Assembly: GCF_009914755.1 (NCBI RefSeq)
Contig: NC_060930.1
DNA from: the human T2T-CHM13v2.0 reference genome, Homo sapiens
DNA: 64,000 bases
Direction: 5' to 3' (one strand)
Shown: positions 52,718 to 64,000 of the stretch, piece after piece
Position numbering within the stretch: the first letter of the stretch is position 1
Layout of the letters: every line of letters starts with the position of its first letter
Translations under genes and position numbers: made by a program
The notes under the pieces: model-generated
Database searches by the model: none
What the model saw: only the letters and a program-made list of their open reading frames with translations
Told to the model about the DNA's origin: nothing

Positions 52718-54084
52718 CCATGCTTCCAGATTTATATGTATATAAATACAGAATTTTGAATTTTTTCATTTTTGGATATTTTTATATGTCAAATAGTGTC
52801 AAAATATTTGTGTAAGTACCAAATACTATCCCTAAATGAAGACATTTTGACCTATGTTATCAAGTGTCCATATATTTGAAAATATTCTATGTAATAAATA
52901 AAATTCACCTTTGTATCCATAAATTTATTTTCATGAAACTTTAGATATTTTATTTCCATCATCTTCATCAAACTAGGATCCCAGTTGGCCAGTTCTATTA
53001 TGTAAGGACAAATATATGTCTTGAAAAAAAATGATAAGAGTGCTCCTTTAACTTAGCCATCTCAACCCCAAGGTATCACTTCTTATTTTGTATTGTCAGT
53101 ATCACTGGCAGCAATATTAAAGACTAAAGTACGTTTATTTTAAAAAAATGCCTATTATCAACGTATTTTGAACTATCAATTTTAGAGCAGAGATTGAAAA
53201 ATTTGAAAAAATATTGTATTTACAGCCATTACTGTATGTCATTACTATACATCATATTAAAAATATAGCATTGCTATATTATCTTTTATATGACTTTTAT
53301 ATTTTTATATAAAAATATTGTTATATTATATTATATACTTTGATTTAATCTTTGAAACCTACAAGACCGGTATAATCACCAATTATATATATGAGGAATT
53401 TGGGGTTTTAAAAGTTTAACTTGCTCAAGGGCACATAGCTCCTTACAAGTAAAGTAAGAGTTTGAACTCAGGTTTGTAAATTTCAAAGTCCAAGTACCTT
53501 TCATAAAAATGCTCCCTACCAGAGAATAGTAAATAACTCATTAACATCATCCAATATCATTGTCATTGGGGAGGGGAGAGACGTTAATACTTTTTCTTCC
53601 TTGTAATAACTCACTAATTGTCATTTACTGCTATAATATTGTAGTGATAAACCAATTTGAGTTTTGTTTTCCTATCTAGTTGGAAGAGCCATCTCTGGTC
53701 AAAATAGCTCTTTAGAAGGAGATCTTTTCATTTACTGTATAAAGTAATCAAGGTCATCAAGTCTCAAATTTATTTTATAAACGAATGAATAATTTGATAA
53801 TATACATGTTCATAGGATGTCAAATTCATTGTAAATATTTGAAGGATTGGCCTATAAACCATTGGGAGGTATTTACACTGAAATGCATACCAAACTAGAT
53901 TGAGGTGGGGAGAAATGAGTTCTTAGAGAATGTTTTGAAATGCTGATACATTGACATAAACTACATGAAAAGTGGTTAATTTTTCTTGTTTGTCCAAAGT
54001 TGCTTTACGAAGTTGTAAGACCAAACAAAACAAAAACAAAATAGATTTTTCTATTTTTAGAGATTTCAAAGAGTATTTAAAAGG

Positions 54085-54250
54085 TGTGCTATGAGTCAAG
54101 ATCCTAGCTCTGTGACTTCTTACCTCTAGGTCCTTGGCAAGTTATTTTAGCCTCTTTGCACCTCTGTGTCTTCATCTGTAAAATTAAGATATTAGTATCT
54201 AATTCATAGAATTTTGGGTGTTAAACTGAGTTAATCACTGTAAATATTTA
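54085..54250 (+). mobile_element. MIR
   Basis: ccttggcaagttatttt...ttcatctgtaaaat. Confidence 0.75.
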
Positions 54251-54643
54251 GTCCACATGGGTAGAAATGAAAAGAATCATTGATGTGGTAGAGAGCAGTG
54301 AAGAGGGTGGCTTGGGAGCAGCTGGGCAGGAGCAGGGGCCAGGCCAGAGGTGTTCTGGAGACTATGAAAGGAGCATATCCTTACACTAAAGACACTGAAC
54401 AGCCATTGCATTATTTTAGCCAAGGACTGATATAATTAAATCTGTAATACAGAAATAATGTTGAAGCTAATCAAAGAGGTTATGATAAAGATTTTTTACT
54501 TTCTCACCCTGGAGCAGACTAGGGCAACTATTTAGCCTTTTGTTACTTTCAAGTGGGATCTTGGTCAGGTTCTGGTAGAGCTGCTCTTTTCCATAACTCC
54601 TAAAATACAAAGACTTATCCTTACATAGAATAATAAAAAGAGA

Positions 54644-55007
<364 letters not shown>

Positions 55008-55846
55008 CTAAAAAGTCAAGTTAGAGAGAAGATCAACAGGAAAAGCAGTGCTATCTCAAGCCATCACACCTAGAAACAATACCCAAATATAGTCTATGTG
55101 CTATTCTTACATAAAAATGTTGCCACATAGTACATTGCTTTTGATATGTTGAGGAAGAGAGAGGCAACAAAATTAGAAAATGGAAAAATATATTGCAAAT
55201 ATATATGTGTGTGTGAAATAAATGTTTTAGGATGTCTTAGTATCCTGAATCTATTATTTCCATACCCTTGGATTAAAAATACATAATCAATGAAAGTTTG
55301 AGGGAAATATAATTTTTTCATATTTTAAATAGATTGAAAATATGTGGATACACACAGAGACAGACAAACAGAAAAGGGCAGAATAAAGATATTAGAAATG
55401 AATTGCGTTGGAATAATTTTGCTCTAAAAAATAACTATTTGGGTTTTCTCTGGAATTTAAAGGCAATTCACAGGAAGAAAGGGTTTCTGGGCAGCCAGAA
55501 ATCAGCCAAATTCATAAAGAGCCAAGTACAGTTCCAATATATCATCTGCAGCATGCTAGTGCTGAGCCCTACCTTAGCCAAGAGAGTTGTGTACAAAATG
55601 CGCTCAGAGATCCTGATTCTTTTCCAACATTTGCACTCTGCTTTGGCTGATGTTCATTTAGGTTAAATTGTCACTTTTTTTTTCAAAACAAGAAAACATA
55701 CTTCATCAATTTAAAAATGTTCTGGAGACATTTAATGAATGCAAATGTTTCTAAAGTCTAAATTACAAAGTTGGTTAAGAATATAGGTAAGTATATTTTG
55801 AAATATCCTGTTACCTAATTTTCTGAGTTAGCCATGAAAGATTCTC

Positions 55847-55940
55847 TCCTTCCTTCCTTCCTTCCTTCCTTCCTTCCTTCCTTCCTTCCTTCCTTCCTTC
55901 CTTCTTTCCTTCCTTCCTTCCTTCCTTCATTTCTTCCTTC
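55847..55940 (+). repeat. (TTCC)n microsatellite
   Basis: Directly visible. Confidence 0.97.
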
Positions 55941-56783
55941 TTTTTCTATTTCCCACACCACCTGCCTTTCTCTTTCTTCTTTCTTTCAACTGAACTAACT
56001 GGATAGTTGGTGGTTGCTTTCTATCCAGTGAATATAGTGCAGCAGACCATGAGCTCCAATAAATAAATAAAGTTACTTTGTCACAGAGAACTTTGTTGGC
56101 TTACTTTTTTATAATTTGTGTAAATTTAAGAGGTACAAGTGCTGTCTTGTTACATGGATATATTGTGTAGTGGTGAAATCTGGGCTTTTAGCTTAGCCAT
56201 ACGTATATGTATCCATTAAGTGTTTCTAGTCACTACATTGCTCAGATTTGTGACATTAATTTAGAGAGGACAGAAAGCTAACCTTAGACCACTGCGTTTG
56301 TTTAATATTACAGTCTAGGCCTTTGGTCTCCACTAATTACTATACTGAGGAAACTAATCACATGAGCCAACTGTAGAAACATCTTAGAAATTAGAAATTT
56401 TACTAACTGAAATACCTAGTATTTCTGTAGAAGGCATATCATACTTGTACGGCATGTCATAGGTCATAGAGATTAGAGCTTTATATTGTTTTATTTAATT
56501 CATTCCTTCAACATTAATTCATTCACAAAACTATTGTGTGCTAGCTATACACAAAATCAAAGATGTCCCTGACCTTGAATAATTTGTGATCTAGTCATTT
56601 ACTCCGTACAAAAATGGTCAAAGATGGCTCTTATCATCTCTACCTGATGCTTAAATGCTTAAATCAATAGTGTGGGAGCACTGGATAAGAGCCTTCTGAA
56701 TCTAAATTCAGGGTATTTCCATGATTCCATGTTTCAGACATAGTCTCTGCAAGGAAACATTAGCCTCTACTTGTCAACCCTTC

Positions 56784-57186
56784 TCTCTTAGTTCGTTTGT
56801 GCTGCTATAACAGAAGATCACAGACTAGGGATTTATAATGAACAGAAATTTATTGGACTCACAGTTCTGAAGGCTGAGAAGTCCCAGATCAAATTTCTGG
56901 CAGGCTTGGTGTCTAACATAGGCCCAGTCTCCACTCCCAAGATGGCACATTTAAATGCTGTATTTCCCAGAAAAGAGGAACAAGGTTCCTCACATGGCAG
57001 AAGATCAGAAGAGCCAAGAGAGAGTGCTCACTCCGGAAAACTATTTTTTAAGGTATTAATCGCATCCATGAGGGTGGAGCCTTCATGACTTAATCACCTC
57101 TTAAAGGCCCCACCTCTCAATACTATTACATTGGCAATTAAATTTCAATATGACTTTTGGAGGGGACACATATTCAAGCCATAGCA
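56784..57186 (-). mobile_element. MST (C/D-like) solo LTR
   Basis: gctgctataacag...catgagggtggagcc...aaggccccacctctcaatact...attcaagccatagca. Confidence 0.85.
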
Positions 57187-57656
57187 GTGTTTTAATAACT
57201 ACCTTGATGTATTGACAGTCGCATGTTCTCTAGAGTCAGGTAGATCTGAGGTAGGATCCCAGCTCTGTCTTCTAATACTTATATGAATATGAAAAAATTA
57301 CTTACTTTCTCTGTTATCCCTATTTGCAATAGAAACTGCTCATGCCCACCTTACAAGATTGTAGATATCAGTAAATGAGAAGATACAGATGAGACTAGTA
57401 TGAAGTAATGGAAACACTCAAAACAGGGTGCAAAATGTAAGGAGATGGTACCAGTAATGTAAATAATATTTTAATGTAATATTTAAACATCATATTATTA
57501 AATTATGATGCATAGGTTAGCCATCTGGTTTTGTGGAAAAACAAGTTTTATCAAAAACATCGTCGGGGCAAGGGTAAGGCAAATGAGCCAGAGTCATTCC
57601 TGCAAGTGAAGGGTTAAATACTATCTTCATTTAAAATTTTGATGTTTTGTTCATCA

Positions 57657-58180
57657 TGTAGTAGGCAGAATTTCTAAAGCAGCCCCCCAAAGATGTCCTT
57701 GCTTACTCCCCAGAACTTGTGAATATTCTGATATGTAATTCTCATTATTATTTCATGTTATATGGCAAAGTTGGTAATCATATGAGCTTTTAAAATCAGA
57801 GAGCTTTCTCTGGCTGATGACAGAAGAGTAAAGCAGGAGTCAAGAAGATTCAAAGTGTGGGAAGAATTTAATGTGCTGTGGCTGCCTTTGAAGAAGGAGG
57901 AAGCCATAGGCAAGGAGTGCAGAGCAGCCACATAGGATGAGAGTGATCAGTAGGCAAGGAAATAGGTACTTCTGTCCTACAACCACAGATTATATTGTGA
58001 ACAGGAATGAGTTTGGAAGGCAACTGTAAGCTACGACTTAATTTCACCTTATAAGATCCTGAGCAGACCCAGCCATATCATCATGGACGTCTGACCTACA
58101 CAAACTTTGAGATAATAGATGAGTGTTGCTTTAAGCCACTAAATCTGTAGCAATTTTTATGCTACAATGAAACAAATAAA
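57657..58180 (+). mobile_element. MLT1 (D/E-like) LTR
   Basis: tgtagtaggcagaatt...tgttgctttaagccactaaat. Confidence 0.8.
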
Positions 58181-58194
58181 TCATAAATGTTTTG

Positions 58195-58491
58195 TATTAT
58201 TATTATTATTATTTTTTTGAGACAGGGTCTCGCTCTGTCACCCAGGCTGGAGTGCAGTGGTATGATCTCAACTCACAGCAACCTCCGCTTCCTGGGTTCA
58301 GACGATTCTCCTGCCTCAGCCTCCCAGACTACAGGCACCCGCCACCACACTCGGCTAATTTTCTGTGTTTTTAGTAGAGATGGGGTTTCACCCTCTTAGT
58401 TAGGATGATCTCAATCTCCTGACCCCGTGATCCGCCCGCTTCGGCCTCCCAAAGTGCTGGGATTACAGGCGTGAACCACCGCGCCTTGGCC
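58195..58491 (-). mobile_element. AluSc/Y-like
   Basis: Full dimer with (TTA)n tail. Confidence 0.92.
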
Positions 58492-60399
58492 CTAATTTCC
58501 ATTTTTAATGCTATCTTCATTTAAAATTTTGATGTTTTGTTCATCATTGTAGTAGGCCGAATTTCTAAAGCAGCCCCCAAAGATGTCCTTGCTTACTCCC
58601 AAGAACCTGTGAATATTCTGAGATGTCATTCTCATGATTATGTTATGTTATATGGCACAGTTGATAATAACATGAGCTTTTAAAAGCAGAGTTTATTGCA
58701 AATATATTACATGAAAATATTATTTATCCTGAATACTCAATTTTTGGCACTCCTTACATATTTTACCAGAGTTGAGTGACTCATTTACCTCCTTCTATTC
58801 CCCTTAATATTTGGCATTATGTAGCTACCAAGTGCATGTTCTTATTATTACGCTTGTTATTCACAGTGTCCTGTAATTCTTGTCTTATTGATAGAGAATC
58901 ATCTTTATCTTCCCCATTTTTTCAAAGTTTCTCTTCTCCATCTGCTTCTTCCTACCAGTGGCCATGGTCCATGCCTCCTTTACTACATCAGATCCACCTA
59001 GTCCCTGGACTAATCAGGTGATTATATATTGGAACAGTGTTGTAAGGTTATCACTGGATATCTTGCCAAGTAATTGTCTCCTTAAAAGGCCCCTGACTTC
59101 CAAATAATTCAAAAGTAGTTTTCTCCTGTTTATTTGAGAATTTCTTTTCATCATTTGGTATGGCACATTGAATTCATATTACTAATACAATTTACTCCTA
59201 CAGATTTCAACTTTTTCTAACTATCTTTTAAAATACTTTTGCTAGATGTAGGGGATTTAGGATATATGAGTTTGAGAAACATGAGTTTGGAAAGAGGTAG
59301 GTAAGAACAAAAAAGAAATGGCTAATGAATTTGCCCTCTGGTCTAGAAAGTTCCTATCTGAATTGTTACAGTAACACTTATTCTGGAGTTCCTATTTTAT
59401 TACAAAAAAAGACAAGGAAAGTAGCTGTAAGAATCATCCATAACCACCCGTATTAATGACTATTTTCACTAGATTGAATCATAGATATTTTATATCTATA
59501 GAAAGTGGTCATTTTTACTGTGCATGTTGATTCATAGTTGCATAACTAATCATGACAACTTTATTAATTGCTTATTATCAAGGGTTTTCTCTTTTATTAG
59601 AGAACAAGTGACTTCCTTCCCTTGCACTGGTGTGCATATATATCTCTGTGTGATAGAGATTAATGCATAAAGCTTTGCAGGAAACTGCCTCATTGATTTT
59701 GTTGCCTTTATATTTGTTTTCCTTAGATGACTTCCACTAACATAGATAAAGGATGTATAGCCCGTTTCAGTGGGACACCCAGGGCCCCGCCTATGGAAGT
59801 TGGAGTTCTGGCTTGAGTTCAGGCAGCTGAGTGAAAAAGAGTTTAAAGAGATATTTTTGGAGAAATGAATGCATTATATTGTTGGTTCTTGTTAAGGTCT
59901 CCAAAACACTGCTTCTTTGATGTGGGCACTTTTACATAGTAGTAGTCCTTGCTTGTGTTTGCATACTGATTAGAAAGTGCACTAACAACACTGATGTAAA
60001 GATGTGCCCCAGAATATTATTTAATTTTCTAATGAGTTGTATAGAACTTCTATCTCTCAAATCTATGTGTTTGAATATTCTATGCCATATTTTCTAATTC
60101 TTCAAATTTCATATTAACCAATCCACAACCTTAATGTATAATTTAGAAATGTTTTTAAACTCCTGTTGTTTTCCCCCATTATTAAGACTTGAATTGATTT
60201 ATAAGATTTGTATGCAGTAGTAAATTCTACTCTTAAACATAACTTAATCTAGCGGCATCAGAGCTAATGATGAATAAATGTAACCTACCTTAATAACGGT
60301 ACTTCCTTTTAAAGAAACTCTCAAGAAGTCTTTTTTGAAGAAAAGTATCAAATCGGTACCTTAGAGTCTTCTGTGCTATGATAGTGCATTGAATACAAG

Positions 60400-60810
60400 A
60401 AAGCTGATGGGGTAGTTTTAAAAAATGTCCTGACAGAGTCAAGGTGATGGCCATTTTTAGCTGCCCTGCTATCCATCACCTCTTTCAGCCAAGCATACTC
60501 CATCATATGCAACAGCCTCATGAATTTATGCATCAAGCTGTGCAGCCAGTCGTGCCGAGGGCGCTGGTGACAAGTGAAATTGCTGTGCGCCTCATTTAGC
60601 TGTTTATTGCGCCTGAGTACGTGTTGCAGCTGTCATCCCACGATGGGATGATAGTGCTCGTTAATAGACAAGACAGGCAAATAATGATGGAGGCCACAGC
60701 AAGAGATGCTCATCTGCCAATGGGCTCTGAGCAATATCACAAACATCCACAAAGTTCTCCATCAAAAGCAGCCCTGTAAGAAAATACAGAAGGCAGGGCT
60801 GTTCTTCATG
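60400..60810. promoter_or_regulatory. Candidate conserved enhancer or structured element
   Basis: Non-repetitive block with 8 CpGs in 60552-60660, MEF2-like, E-box, MEIS and POU-like motifs, and three hairpins. Confidence 0.4.
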
Positions 60811-61949
60811 GGACTAACAATGGAGATTAAACTGTTGCAAAAAGTGTAGCCCAGTAGATCTTGTAACTTAGGACTGGCATTTGAGCTTCTACACTATGCT
60901 TCCCTTTTAAAAGAAATACAGGAAAATGACCAGACGCAATCTCCAGGTTTGCTTCTGATGTGTAAGTTGACCATATTCCTACCACACACCATGGAATTAA
61001 CCTTAACCCAGCTGAACAGTTGGCCTTATTCTGCTGGCAACCACAGTACCAGAAATTTGCAAAAGTTATTTTTCAACTGTTTGAAGACTTCTTCTATACA
61101 TTTAGGATTTTGGATGGCTATGTTTCAATTCTTTTCAGTATTTTAGTGAAAAGTAACTTGAAATAGAAATATTCTATCTTTAGATTTGAATGGAATTTTC
61201 TTTTGTATAAAATTGAATTATATTCAGGCATTCATATCTTGGCACATAGCAAAGAAGCTCCTAATAAAATCTCTTGCAGATGAAAGTCTGTTAAACAACT
61301 GACTTTCATTTCCCTTTTCTCTGAATATGTGATGCTTAATCTTATGGGTATTTTACAATTGGTGTTTAGTAAGTGCCTAAGGTATAGGCTTAAATGTGAA
61401 TCTTTATGATTTTACCAACAGGTTATTCATTTTGTAAGAATATAGAACTTAAAGAGTTAATTAGCATGTTTGGTGTAATGAGATGAAGCAAATTCTGACA
61501 ATCCTTTGCAGACTTTTATATATAACAGTAATATCCAAGAGAATTTGAGTTCTGTGCTTGCTAACTGGATATTATTTTGAGTGTCAAATATAGAAACAAA
61601 TATCAAGGTCCAAACTGTGAACATGGGATGGAAATAACTATAGGTATTTTAAAATTTAACAGAAGAGCTGGAAAAACCCTTCAGTACAAAAAAATGAAAA
61701 TGAAATATAGAAATAATCTATTAAACACATATACACTATTAGGAACATGGCCTTCTTGGATTTAATAACATGTGGCTATGACCTTTTAATGATGTCCATT
61801 TTGCTATAAGGAAAGACTGACAAAAGTTTAACACAGACATTATTACTCATAAGCACATCAAGAATTATATAAAGTACTAACCATGCCAACATAGAGAGAA
61901 CACCCTTGTCAGGATCACGAAGCTATCATGATGAAGAAACCTTAACGAC

Positions 61950-62075
61950 CCTCTAGTGTGGCCTCATCATTTTAAGGATGAAGAAACCAAGTCTCCGAGA
62001 GGCCAAGTGACCCAGTGAGGTCTGCAATGAGTCACCCGTAGCATCTGCAGGTCTCTGGGGCCTAATGTCCTCCAT
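61950..62075 (-). mobile_element. MIR
   Basis: tcattttaaggatgaagaaaccaagtctccgagagg. Confidence 0.7.
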
Positions 62076-63524
62076 AGCTGCTGTACCTGTGACATTTCCC
62101 ACATCCTTGCTGTGACTGACCTTGTGCGCTTATTTTTACTATTTACTAACAAAAATCTTATTTTTATGTATGTGTTGCTTCAAAAGATCATTCTGATTTA
62201 TTTATTTACATATGCATATTTATTTATATGCTTATTATTTTTAAAGAGGGAAATACAAGACATGTAACAATAGGGGTAAAATAATAAATATTAAATAATG
62301 AAAAGAGAAGAGAGAATCAGAACGAAAATACTCAAGCTAAGGATAATTGCTAGATTTGAATATAAAATTTACCACCGATTTAAAAGGATTGATTCATTCT
62401 TAAATGTGATTATTGTCTTTGGGCCAAAAATTACTTCAGTGAGAGTGAATCTTCAGTTTTATGATAGAAATAAATTAGAAAATATAAGTTAACTTGCAGA
62501 AAAAATAGTTTTATGATGGGCATTTCAAGAATGCACATTTTCTGTAAAGTGAGGCACATCTGTGTTAATTTTTTAAAGGTCTTTTCCTTGTTTAAAACAT
62601 TCATACCTGTGAATCTTCTGTTTTATTCAAAATGTGTAATGAAAACCATTTAAAACAAGTATCCAGTGAGTATCTTGATCCAGAAATATCTATTTGCCAT
62701 ATAAATCTGATAAACAGTATACAGGACAATGTATATTCTACAACAATTAATTTGGATGCATAGTAGACATCATTACATGGGCAGTACAGAATTATATTTG
62801 GATTATATATTATAGTACTGATTTAGCTCAGAGTCTTAATGTAAAATCCCATAGACTAACATGTAATAACTTTATATACTTTATTTTCTTTTCCTGTTTT
62901 GTGCTTACTGTGGAATAATACAGTGGGAGCTATGTTATTCTGTTCCTTTGCTTTTTCAAAAATAATGACAACAATCTTTTATTTTTGGCATTTACAGAAC
63001 TAATGGTCAGCAAATTTGAATATGTTGACTCCTTTTTCTTAATAAAATGGGAAAGAGATGTGTGTTACACACACACACACACAAAGTTTTATTAATGTTT
63101 CATAAAATGGTTGCTACAATCAAAGGAACTGCTCTGAAAATTAAATTACTGGGCTGACTCTGAAAATCAGCATAATATGCTCTGTTTAATTCAGTCATGC
63201 TAAGATGTTAGATTCCCCTTCATTCTCTCAGCTTTCTCTCTCCTTCACCTGGGGGCATCTGCTGATGAGTCTCTTCTAGAGGTTGTTTAATGACTATTTT
63301 ACAGGAACTGTCAGCTTTCTAAAGCCCAGTGGCATTGGGCGTCACTGTATTATCAGCCTTTTTACACAATTTGCCTGACTGTAAATCGGAGGTTTAAAAG
63401 TACAAGAAAATCTCCTATTTGATTTAATGACTGGTTGATGGGGGTTGATTAATCTTTCTATGCTCGGATGTTTTACTCATAAAGGTCATCTATTGTTTGT
63501 TTATACTCACTTTTCTGATTTTAG

Positions 63525-63628
63525 AAACACAAGAAATAAGAAGACCATTTTGAGAAGAACAGAGAGTAGCCTTAAGAAAATCCCTGTCGCAAGCACTCTG
63601 GGATTTGGACTCAAATGCTAATTATACA
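63525..63628 (+). other. Candidate non-coding exon (104 nt)
   Basis: tactcac (branch-like), ttttctgattttag|AAACAC...TATACA|gtaagt; stops in all three frames. Confidence 0.35.
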
Positions 63629-64000
63629 GTAAGTGAAATGAACACAGCCTTCACATTAACCTAATGTAAAGCTGCAAAACCATGATACCTGCTCAATTTG
63701 GTTACAGAAATTGAAGATGGTGGCCCTTCTTTTGAGTGGGGATGGGGGGGATTTATTTCTATTTTTAAAAGCAGGGCTATTGATCATATAAAGAACATTC
63801 TTACCTCGCCACCCAGCGCTTTCAAAAAAAAAAAAAAAAAAACAAGCAAGAATCTTTTTAGTACTATCATCTTGTTTTACCCAGGACATTGCCTGTATTC
63901 ATGGTTAGGAGCTTTATTTAATTTAAAAAAATTATAAATTTACCCTTTTAAAAATTTGAATCAATTCATGGTAACCTTAATATGTACAATACACATTCTT

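Larger units (their letters stand above)
57388..58800 (+). mobile_element. MER96B-like hAT element, interrupted by MLT1, an Alu and a duplication
   Basis: Inverted ends gggtgcaaaatgtaagga...aataatattttaatg and aaaatattatttatc...tttttggcactccttacat. Confidence 0.6.

Noticed and set aside
55334-55666. 110-aa ORF in unique DNA
   Set aside because: Non-ATG start, no recognisable motif or splice context, and a length compatible with chance.

Overview
AT-rich, gene-poor human genomic DNA (human-specific AluYb8/Yb9 copies are present), either intergenic or deep intronic. I cannot identify the locus. No protein-coding gene, tRNA, rRNA or CRISPR array is supportable. The longest ORFs in the track come from Alu, L1, MaLR or microsatellite sequence, and the rest are short and unsupported. 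Much of the window is a layered transposon record: about 16 Alus, several L1s (L1MC4-, L1PA15/16-, L1MB-, L1PA5/6- and L1MA-like), a full THE1/MST-type MaLR provirus interrupted by an L1, MLT/MST solo LTRs, L2/MIR, CR1/L3 fossils, and MER58A/MER47A/MER96B-type DNA transposons. I did not find a new biological system. The best leads are: (1) an about 99%-identical inverted AluYb8/AluYb9 pair about 2 kb apart; (2) two local templated duplications (22 bp and 181 bp); (3) an LTR-L1 RT in-frame fusion ORF; (4) a twin-priming inversion in an old L1; (5) a CpG-, motif- and hairpin-rich unique block near 60.4-60.8 kb; and (6) a few candidate exons. Subfamily names were assigned by eye from remembered consensus sequences, and boundaries of old repeats are approximate.
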